In this document: positions 9,713 through 16,760 of the stretch, piece by piece
Numbering within the stretch: the stretch's first letter is position 1
Layout of the letters: each line of letters opens with the position of its first letter
NCBI GenBank assembly: GCA_016789605.1
Contig: JAEUQO010000341.1
Span: 7,751-71,750, forward strand
Source of the DNA: Acidobacteriota bacterium
GTDB lineage: Bacteria > Acidobacteriota > Blastocatellia > RBC074
DNA: 64,000 nt
Direction of reading: 5' to 3'
The notes under the pieces: model-generated
What the model saw: only the letters and a program-made list of their open reading frames with translations
The model's database searches: none
Told to the model about the DNA's origin: nothing
Position numbers and translations under genes: made by a program

Positions 9713-11427
9713 TGGCCCAGTTAGAACAACATTCAGGTGAACCGGTGTTGCGCGCCGAATTGGCTTTGGCGGAACCGGTGGCTGCGCGCGCTGACCTTGC
9801 CTTGTTGCAGCGCGAAGTGCAGCAAGAACTTGCCGCCGTGCAACAAGGCCTGGGTTTGCCCGGACGTTGGGACGTTGTGGTGACCAGTTCGACAGAACTA
9901 GCGCGCGCGCCCTTTGCGCTCACCATCAATGGGGAGCGTTGTTGGTTCAGCCTGGAGCTGCAACAGCGCGTCAGCTCATTGGTTTTGGATCTGCCGCTAG
10001 ATGCTTCTGCCGTGGTCGCACAGGTTTGGACAGAGAAACAGCTTCATCAGTTTTTGCGATTGATGTGCAGCCAGATCGTGAAAGAGCGCCCGACGGTTTT
10101 GCTGACTGCTGACGTTGTGACGGCGTATCGCAATGCGCTGCGGGCAGAAGTTGTTGCAGAAGCGTTGCCAGCCGAAACTGTCTTGCGGGAGATGCTTTCC
10201 GCTGCGCTTTCGTTATGGCTTTCGGTGGTGGATGCGAAAACGGTTGCGCGGGTCTGGCAGGAATCCGCACACGCAAACGATTCTGTCGCCGCCGCGCAAG
10301 AGCTGTTGATTGCGGCTTTACGACCCGGCGAGATCGAAGTGCATTTGAGCGAGGCTTACTTGCGCGAGATGACTTCGCAATCGTCGTCAGAAGAGCAGGG
10401 CATCTTTGGTTTGCTGCGCGAAGGGCTGTTTTATGAACTTGGCCTGCAGTTTCCTGATGTGCGCTTTGTGCTGACGGATGAGCTGCCAGCGCATTGGTTT
10501 CGCTTTCGCCTGAATCATCTGACGACGTTGCCGTGGCGTGGTTTGGCCGCCGGAGAGTGCTTGCTCAACGATGCGGCAGATCGGTTGCGAGTGCTTGGCA
10601 TCGAAAGTCGTCCGGCGTTGAACCCAGCCAACCGCAATGCCGTCAGCGTCGCAACGCAAGAGGCAAAACCTGTGGCTGAACAGGCGGGTGTTATCAGTTG
10701 GAGCCCGCTCGGCTATTTGATTCTGGCGCTTAGCGGTGAATTGCGCGCGCACGCCGCCGGATTCGTGGATGCCAATCTGGTCACCGTGATGCTGGACAAA
10801 TTGCAACAGGTTGCGCCGCAATTGACGGATGCCGCGCGCCAGCGGATTTCTGCGCCGTTGTTGACGCAAACCTTGCGCACGCTGGTGAGTGAAGACATCG
10901 CCATTCGGGACTTGCGTGCGATTTTGCAAGCGATGCTGGAATTCGATTACATCGAGGCCAACGAAACCCAACAGCTCATTTTTGATGCGCGGCTGGCGGT
11001 GTCGCGCGTTCCCGGCGAAGCCTGGTTTTCTGATCCTGTGCCGCGCGCCAGCCACGTGCGCGAACAGCTAAAACGCTATCTCAGTCATAAGTACACTCGC
11101 GGTCAGAGCACTTTGATTGTATATTTGCTGGACTGGCAGATCGAAAACCTGTTGCAGAACGAACATCTGGTTCGTACGGACGAATTCCTGGCGCAGCTTG
11201 CGCCAGAAACCAAGGCGCAAATTTTGGAGGCCGTCCGTGCCGAAGTCAGTAACCTACCAGTGACGGCTTCCGTGCCGGTTGTGCTGACCACCACAGCGGT
11301 GCGCCCGCTTTTACGCGCTATCATTGCACCTGAATTTCCCGCGCTGTCAGTGTTGAGTTATCGGGAACTGGTCGCTTATATGAACATTCAACCGATTGCC
11401 CGCATTGCATTGACCCAAATGCCGTGA
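9709..11427 (+). CDS. Soluble protein built of FlhA_C-like modules (a partial N-terminal copy plus a full C-terminal copy)
   Basis: The start is TTG 9709 or ATG 9712, overlapping the upstream stop (TGATG). Module 2 has ELGLQFPDVRFVLTDELPAHWFRFRLNHL, LTQTLRTLVSEDIAIRDLRAILQAMLEF and VVLTTTAVRPLLRAIIAPEFPALSVLSYREL. Module 1 has GLGLPGRWDVVVTSSTELARAPFALTINGER. No TM segments are present. Confidence 0.8.
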   Translation: MMAQLEQHSGEPVLRAELALAEPVAARADLALLQREVQQELAAVQQGLGLPGRWDVVVTSSTELARAPFALTINGERCWFSLELQQRVSSLVLDLPLDASAVVAQVWTEKQLHQFLRLMCSQIVKERPTVLLTADVVTAYRNALRAEVVAEALPAETVLREMLSAALSLWLSVVDAKTVARVWQESAHANDSVAAAQELLIAALRPGEIEVHLSEAYLREMTSQSSSEEQGIFGLLREGLFYELGLQFPDVRFVLTDELPAHWFRFRLNHLTTLPWRGLAAGECLLNDAADRLRVLGIESRPALNPANRNAVSVATQEAKPVAEQAGVISWSPLGYLILALSGELRAHAAGFVDANLVTVMLDKLQQVAPQLTDAARQRISAPLLTQTLRTLVSEDIAIRDLRAILQAMLEFDYIEANETQQLIFDARLAVSRVPGEAWFSDPVPRASHVREQLKRYLSHKYTRGQSTLIVYLLDWQIENLLQNEHLVRTDEFLAQLAPETKAQILEAVRAEVSNLPVTASVPVVLTTTAVRPLLRAIIAPEFPALSVLSYRELVAYMNIQPIARIALTQMP

Positions 11428-11463
11428 TGGGCAGTAAATTTGTCGAATTTTGGAGGAGATTCT

Positions 11464-11934
11464 ATGCCTACATTCAAAGGCCGCCGTCCGCCTGGAAAGA
11501 AACGTCCGGGAGGAGGAGGACAAGGCAGACCCGGCGGAAAACCAGGCGGACGTCCGGGAGGTAGACCCGGCGGAAAACCTGGCGGTAAACCTGGTGGAAA
11601 GCCCATGGGAAAAGGGGGCAGCAAGAAGTTTGCGAAGAAGAAACGCCCGGTTAAGAAGAAGGTTATCAAGAAACCAGCGATCCCCAATATTGAAAATACG
11701 GGGATGGAAGCCCTCTACTTAAAAGATTTGATGGTGGCCGAAGAATTGGTCGTCGTCGTGTTGCGCTCCGGCGAGGAAATTCTGGGATTCGTGCGGTATT
11801 ACGACAAAGATGTCGTCAGCATCGGTCCGGCGGATGACAGTCCGAAAATGTTATTGCCCAAAGACAGCATCCGATACATTTACGAAGCCGAAGATGCGCT
11901 GGCCAAAGCTGGCGACGAGGAAGACGACGAATAG
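11464..11934 (+). CDS. Sm/Hfq-like-fold protein with an N-terminal basic (PGGK/R)n low-complexity tail
   Basis: GGAGGAG lies 7 nt upstream of ATG 11464; the track ORF starts at TTG 11440. The N-terminus is GGRPGGKPGGRPGGRPGGKPGGKPGGKP. The C-terminus ELVVVVLRSGEEILGFVRYYDKDVVSI...MLLPKDSIRYIYE resembles an Sm1/Sm2 beta-strand pattern. The fold call rests on pattern only. Confidence 0.6.
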   Translation: MPTFKGRRPPGKKRPGGGGQGRPGGKPGGRPGGRPGGKPGGKPGGKPMGKGGSKKFAKKKRPVKKKVIKKPAIPNIENTGMEALYLKDLMVAEELVVVVLRSGEEILGFVRYYDKDVVSIGPADDSPKMLLPKDSIRYIYEAEDALAKAGDEEDDE

Positions 11935-11956
11935 CGGCTGGCGCAAGCGCCGCAAT

Positions 11957-11982
11957 CTGCTTCGTTCTTCAGCACGAAGCAG
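11957..11982 (+). terminator. Hairpin downstream of the Sm-like gene (possible terminator, no U-tract)
   Basis: CTGCTTCGT-tcttcagc-ACGAAGCAG is a 9-bp perfect stem. It is followed by AAAATA rather than a T-run. Confidence 0.35.
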
Positions 11983-12065
11983 AAAATACATCTGAAAGCG
12001 CGGACGTCCAGGCAAGCACTGTGAATGCGCCGGATGTCTGCGCTTTTAGCCTTTGCGAGGTAGTT

Positions 12066-13934
12066 ATGATTCTGAAGCGGCTCCTTCTCCTTTCAGCCTT
12101 GATCGTACTCACTCAGCTCGTTGGCAAGGCACAGACGCCTGAAAAGGGTGCTGCTGCATCGCCCGCCGAAACAGCACAAAAAGCCAAACCGGAACTGGAA
12201 AAAAAAGCGGCTGCCTTGCTGGATGAAGTGGTGACAGATGCGGGGGCGTTGCGCCTGATCGAAAACCGGTTGTTTGTGTTGACCACTGCCGCAAATTTGC
12301 TTTGGGCGCGCGACGAAGCGCGCGCACGCACCTGGTTGCGCGAAGCGATGAATCAGTTTTACGCCATCGAACCGCCCGCACAATCGGCTCCCGTCGGCCC
12401 GGAGCAGATGCAACAATGGGAAATGCGTTCTATGTTGCGCATGCAATTGTTGCAATTCCTGGCCGAACGCGACCCCAAACTCGCGCTGGAGTTTTTACGG
12501 GCTTCGCGGCAGACGCCGCCTGACAGCCTGGTTAAAATGACCGGACGGCAGAGCAACGATTTTGAGCAACAGTTTGAATTGCAATTGGCTGCCAAAATGG
12601 CGGAAAACGACCCGGCAGAGGCGTTGCGCATTGCAGAAGAAACACTCAACAAAGAGCTGAATCACCAGGTTCTCGAAATCCTCTCACTTTTGCAGAAGAA
12701 AGACGCTGCCGCTGCCCGGCGGTTGTCCGGTCAAATCATCACAAAACTGAAATCCGCCGACCTGGTCAAAGGTTACACCTCGTCCAGCATTGCGTTTTCA
12801 ATGTTTTTTGACATCCGCGCACGCATCCAGGCCGCACAGCGTGATCCCAAACAGGCGGCGATCAAAACGGTTGCGCCATTGGCAGACTTGGAGCAGACCT
12901 TGCGCGATCTGCTGGAGATTATGGCGACTGCCGTGCAGAAGGTAACCGCCAGCACGTTGCTCGACATGCAGGAACAGGGGCAGGCGCGCCAACTGCTTTC
13001 GCAGGCGCAAATGATGATGCCCGAATTGGAAAAATACCTGCCGCGTCAGGCGGCGGCTGTCCGTGTGAAACTCAACCAGTTCGACAAGGCGTTTTATCGC
13101 GCGCCAATACCAACTGAGCCAATCGAAGCGATGGAAAAGAAAACGGCTGATGAATTGCTGGCAATGGCCGGCAAAGCGCAGCCGGAAATCAGAGACATGC
13201 TCTATCGTCAGGCTGCCATCAAAGCGGCGGAACAAGGTGACGGAGAGCGCGCACGCCAGATCGTGAAACAGTTTATTCCCGCGGGCACGGATGATCCGAT
13301 TATGCGTGAAATCGAGGGGAAAGAGCGGGAACACGCCGCCGAACAGGGGAAGTTTGAAGAGGCGCGGCAAAGTCTGGCGCAATTGAGCAGCGATCACGAA
13401 CGCGCATTGGCGCTGATCAATCTGGCCCGGCAGGCTGGCACAAAAAATCAGGCGAAGACCCAGCGGCAACTGCTCGAAGAAGCGCGCGCGCTGATCGGTG
13501 AGCGTTTAGAAACGCGTGCGCAAGTCACCGTGCAATTGGCGCTGGCTGGCGGTTATCTGCCGCTTGACCCTGATCGCAGTTTCACCACGCTCGAAACGTC
13601 CATCGAAAAACTCAACACCGTGATGGCTGCGATCATTCTGCTCGACAATTTTGACGCTGTCGAAGGCGGTCTGTTTGGCGGCAGTCGTTTTAAGGATGGG
13701 GAAATGCGCATGACCAACGCTGAGTTCGCTTCGGGATTCACCGACAACTTTGGCGAACTGTTGAACGAATTTGCGCAAGCGGATTTTGACCGTACCAAGA
13801 ACGCGTTGCGCCGTTGGCAGGTCAACGAAGTGCGCCTGATGATGGACCTGCTGATTGCTGAAAACATTCTGAAAGAGAAAAAAGAATCGTCGCCGAATAT
13901 TGGTCGTGGGTATCCGCGCCCCCGCATTTATTGA
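12066..13934 (+). CDS. Secreted alpha-helical repeat protein, hypothetical
   Basis: ATG 12066 gives a classical signal peptide, MILKRLLLLSALIVLTQLVGKAQ. The long A/E/L/R/Q-rich helical sequence matches no family I recognise. Confidence 0.7.
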   Translation: MILKRLLLLSALIVLTQLVGKAQTPEKGAAASPAETAQKAKPELEKKAAALLDEVVTDAGALRLIENRLFVLTTAANLLWARDEARARTWLREAMNQFYAIEPPAQSAPVGPEQMQQWEMRSMLRMQLLQFLAERDPKLALEFLRASRQTPPDSLVKMTGRQSNDFEQQFELQLAAKMAENDPAEALRIAEETLNKELNHQVLEILSLLQKKDAAAARRLSGQIITKLKSADLVKGYTSSSIAFSMFFDIRARIQAAQRDPKQAAIKTVAPLADLEQTLRDLLEIMATAVQKVTASTLLDMQEQGQARQLLSQAQMMMPELEKYLPRQAAAVRVKLNQFDKAFYRAPIPTEPIEAMEKKTADELLAMAGKAQPEIRDMLYRQAAIKAAEQGDGERARQIVKQFIPAGTDDPIMREIEGKEREHAAEQGKFEEARQSLAQLSSDHERALALINLARQAGTKNQAKTQRQLLEEARALIGERLETRAQVTVQLALAGGYLPLDPDRSFTTLETSIEKLNTVMAAIILLDNFDAVEGGLFGGSRFKDGEMRMTNAEFASGFTDNFGELLNEFAQADFDRTKNALRRWQVNEVRLMMDLLIAENILKEKKESSPNIGRGYPRPRIY

Positions 13935-13970
13935 TATTTAGATCAGATTTCATTTTGGCGTACGGGTTTT

Positions 13971-14035
13971 GCCACAGAGGCACAGAGCCGCAGAGTTTTT
14001 CAAGTATTTCTCTGAGCCTCCGTGGCTCTGTGGCC
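13971..14035. repeat. Imperfect palindromic (REP-like) hairpin, possible terminator
   Basis: GCCACAGAGGCACAGAGCCGCAGAG ... CTCTGAGCCTCCGTGGCTCTGTGGC has 9-bp perfect outer arms plus an imperfect inner stem. It lies 37 nt after the upstream stop. Confidence 0.45.
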
Positions 14036-14255
14036 AATCCGTAAAGCAAATTGAAAAACGATCTAGGTTCGGTCGCCGCAACATTTCGCCACACATTGCG
14101 GGAATAATTCGCCGCGCTCTTGGCATTCAAGAGTTGACGGCGATTTGTGTTTGTACGCCAACCCGTGCGGCCAAGTGAAAACTGATCTGGCGCCTGCTTC
14201 GGCTTGGCGCTTTGGAATTGTGCGACTGCTCGCATTCTCAGAATAGGAGACCGTT

Positions 14256-14510
14256 TTGCTGGAAGGCTTGCTTACGTTGGCGGCTTGTTATGTCGGGCTC
14301 GGGCTGACGTTTGCGCTTATTTTTGTCATTGCGGGCATTCAGCGAGTTGATCCGGCTGCTCGTGGCGCGTCGGTGGGATTTCGGCTACTGATTTTGCCAG
14401 GGGCTGCGGCATTCTGGCCGTTATTGTTGTGGCGCTGGTGGCGCGGCGTGGTGATACCTCCGACAGAGCGCAATGCGCACCGCAAGCGAGCGCAGGAGGC
14501 GCGCAAATGA
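14256..14510 (+). CDS. Small integral membrane protein
   Basis: AGGAGA lies 5 nt upstream of TTG 14256. There are two hydrophobic helices (LTLAACYVGLGLTFALIFVIAGI, LLILPGAAAFWPLLLW). Its stop overlaps the next start (ATGA). Confidence 0.5.
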   Translation: MLEGLLTLAACYVGLGLTFALIFVIAGIQRVDPAARGASVGFRLLILPGAAAFWPLLLWRWWRGVVIPPTERNAHRKRAQEARK

Positions 14511-14671
14511 TCCAACCTTTACGCAGACAGCATAGATTTATGATCACTGTGCTGGCCGTGATCCTGGTGGTGTTGTTCGTCGCGGGGTTATTGGTGCGGC
14601 GGACGATTCCTGCCAACCCGCATTTACCTGAAGCTGTTCTCACGTCTCCTTCAGTCAGGAACGAGCAATGA
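14507..14671 (+). CDS. Small single-pass membrane protein
   Basis: ATG 14507 overlaps the upstream stop (14508-14510). It has one TM helix (MITVLAVILVVLFVAGLLV), and its stop overlaps the next start (ATGA at 14668-14671). Confidence 0.45.
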   Translation: MIQPLRRQHRFMITVLAVILVVLFVAGLLVRRTIPANPHLPEAVLTSPSVRNEQ

Positions 14672-15708
14672 GCCATACCTACAGCGCAATCGGTTGGAAC
14701 CGGCAAAAAAGGCTTTACGATGGTGTCGTCGTTGCGGGCGTGATTTTATACCTGGCGCTCTTTGCTGGCGTTGGTGCACTGGTTCATCCCAATGCGACCA
14801 TTGAAACCTTGCTGATTCGTGGCTTGGGAACCTGTGCGTTGCTGTTGTTGCACGTGATTTTGCTGATCGGACCGTTATGTCGTTTGCAGCCGCAATTGTT
14901 GCCCTTGCTCTATAACCGGCGGCATTTGGGCGTGACGATGTTTTTGGTGGCCTTGGCGCACGGCGTGTTTTCGCTCATTCAATTTCATGCGCTGGGAGAT
15001 TTGTCTCCGCTGGTGAGCTTGTTTGTCAGCAACACGCGTTACGACAGTCTGGCGAATTTTCCTTTTCAGCCGTTGGGGTTTATCGCGTTGTTGATTCTGT
15101 TTTTGATGGCGGCAACCAGTCACGACTTTTGGCTGGCAAATTTGACTGCGCCGGTCTGGAAGCGGCTGCACATGCTGGTGTATGTGGCGTACGGGCTGAT
15201 CGTTGCGCATGTCGTGTTGGGCGTGTTGCAGGCCGAAACCAGTCCCTGGTTGGCGATTCTGCTGGGCAGCGGTTTGCTGGCAGTGCTCGGGTTGCATTTA
15301 TGGGCAGGGTATCGTGAACGTCACCATGACCAGGAGCTTGCTGCGCCGAACCACGATGGCTGGGTGGATGTTTGCGCGGTAAAGGACATTCCGGCCAATC
15401 GTGCATGTATTGCGACCGTCGCGGGCGAACGCATCGCCGTCTTCAAATACGAAGGCAAAGTCTCGGCTCTTTCCAACGTTTGCCAGCATCAAAACGGCCC
15501 TTTAGGCGAAGGCGAAATCATTGACGGATGTGTGACTTGTCCCTGGCACGGGTATCAATATTTGCCAGACACGGGAGCTTCGCCGCCGCCGTTCACTGAA
15601 AAAGTGCCAACCTTCAACGTCAAAATCGTGAATGAGCGTGTGTTCGTGGACCCGTGTCCAAATGCGCCCGGAACACGCGTGGAACCGGCTTTGGTGTCAA
15701 ACGAATAA
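14668..15708 (+). CDS. Ferric-reductase-like (MsrQ/YedZ-type) transmembrane domain fused to a C-terminal Rieske [2Fe-2S] domain
   Basis: The N-terminal half has six hydrophobic helices with conserved His (RRHLGVTMFLVALAHGV, HMLVYVAYGLIVAHVV). The C-terminus carries the Rieske motifs CQHQNGPL and CPWHGYQY. Confidence 0.8.
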   Translation: MSHTYSAIGWNRQKRLYDGVVVAGVILYLALFAGVGALVHPNATIETLLIRGLGTCALLLLHVILLIGPLCRLQPQLLPLLYNRRHLGVTMFLVALAHGVFSLIQFHALGDLSPLVSLFVSNTRYDSLANFPFQPLGFIALLILFLMAATSHDFWLANLTAPVWKRLHMLVYVAYGLIVAHVVLGVLQAETSPWLAILLGSGLLAVLGLHLWAGYRERHHDQELAAPNHDGWVDVCAVKDIPANRACIATVAGERIAVFKYEGKVSALSNVCQHQNGPLGEGEIIDGCVTCPWHGYQYLPDTGASPPPFTEKVPTFNVKIVNERVFVDPCPNAPGTRVEPALVSNE

Positions 15709-15722
15709 AGGAACAGCGCATC

Positions 15723-16490
15723 GTGAATCCGTCTGAACAACGAGAGTTTTACATCGGCTATCTGTCGCAAGCGCCGCGCGGCATCCGCCGCTGGATGCGT
15801 GCCGCGGTTATCGCATTGTTATCGCTGGTTGTTCTCGTCGCGCTTTGGGTGGTATGGGGACAGCAGAAATTTGCGGCCAGCAGGTTTGAATTTGGAACCG
15901 TGCGCGAATTTTCCGGTGTGATTCAAGCTTCACCCTATCCTGTTTTGCTCGTAGGGACAGGCGCAGACAAGAGCGCCGTTCGCTACACGCTGGTTGCTCC
16001 TGGCAAGCACGGAGCAGACGCATTGGTGTCGCCGTTTGCGGGACAGTCTGTGCGTTTGCGCGGCACGCTGATTTACCGCGATGACTTGCAGATGATCGAG
16101 GTCGAGCCCGATTCGTTGCAGCCTGCGCAATTGGACGGGCGGCTTCCTGCTGCGCCAGAGACGCTCGGTTCGTTGACGTTGTTTGGCGAAATTGTGGATA
16201 GCAAATGTTATCTGGGGGTGATGAATCCCGGGCACACCAAACCGCATCGCGAATGCGCGGCGAATTGTATTCGTGGCGGCATCCCGCCGTTGTTTGTTGT
16301 GCGCGATGGCGACGGCAAGAGTGCTGTGTTGTGGCTGACGGGGGCGCAAGGGGAAGGATTCCAAGGGGAAGCACTCCGCCAGCTTCTAGACGTTGTCGCT
16401 GAACCGGTTTCCATCACCGGTGAGGTTTCGCGTGTGGATGGACAACTTTTCCTTCGCGCAGCCCCCGCTTCGATTCGTCGCATTCCCTGA
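15723..16490 (+). CDS. Membrane-anchored hypothetical protein with a Cys/His-containing C-terminal domain
   Basis: GTG 15723 follows AAGGAA; the track ORF starts at 15654 and overlaps the previous gene. It has a TM anchor (AAVIALLSLVVLVALWVVW) and a possible metal site (KCYLGVMNPGHTKPHRECAANCIRGG). Confidence 0.55.
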   Translation: MNPSEQREFYIGYLSQAPRGIRRWMRAAVIALLSLVVLVALWVVWGQQKFAASRFEFGTVREFSGVIQASPYPVLLVGTGADKSAVRYTLVAPGKHGADALVSPFAGQSVRLRGTLIYRDDLQMIEVEPDSLQPAQLDGRLPAAPETLGSLTLFGEIVDSKCYLGVMNPGHTKPHRECAANCIRGGIPPLFVVRDGDGKSAVLWLTGAQGEGFQGEALRQLLDVVAEPVSITGEVSRVDGQLFLRAAPASIRRIP

Positions 16491-16760
16491 ACCTGAGCTC
16501 GCCCGCGCCGTGGCGTATTCTGTCATTTTTGTCGTATCCACAAACCCTGTATCTGCCTGAGTAGTTGATTTTTACACCGCCTCGCTGATCCATTGGCAAA
16601 CCCGCACGGTTGAATCCTGTCTTGCCGCAATCCCTGTTTGCATCTATCAGATTTTGATTTAGACTACAGCGGCTTTTGCGTAGCTTTTTCAGGCCCACAC
16701 AACTACCAAGCAGGCCGAAACGAAGCGACTTTTCCAGCACGAAAAAGAGAACGTACATCC

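Noticed and set aside
3256-11055. Minus-strand ORFs inside the CHAT/FlhA-C cassette (3256..4185, 4512..5438, 8303..9478, 10387..11055) and many short alternative-frame ORFs.
   Set aside because: They have R/Q/F/H-rich nonsense composition and are fully antisense to + strand ORFs with clear domain motifs and RBS or overlap coupling.
5918-11427. Interpreting the FlhA-like genes as part of a flagellar or type III secretion locus.
   Set aside because: There is no FHIPEP transmembrane region in either protein. There is no flhB, fliPQR, ATPase, ring, rod or hook gene anywhere in 64 kb. The neighbours are a CHAT protease and TPR repeats instead.
11500-11620. Repetitive DNA (GGCGGAAAACC/GGCGGACGTCC-type units) that might be a non-coding repeat or CRISPR-like array.
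   Set aside because: The units are short, in frame and translate to (PGGK/R)n inside a CDS with a strong RBS. There are no spacer-like unique segments.
13822-14235. ORFs 13969..14178 (+) and 13822..14235 (-) in the gap after the helical-repeat gene.
   Set aside because: They overlap each other and the REP-like palindrome, show no RBS or motif, and have odd composition. The region is treated as intergenic.
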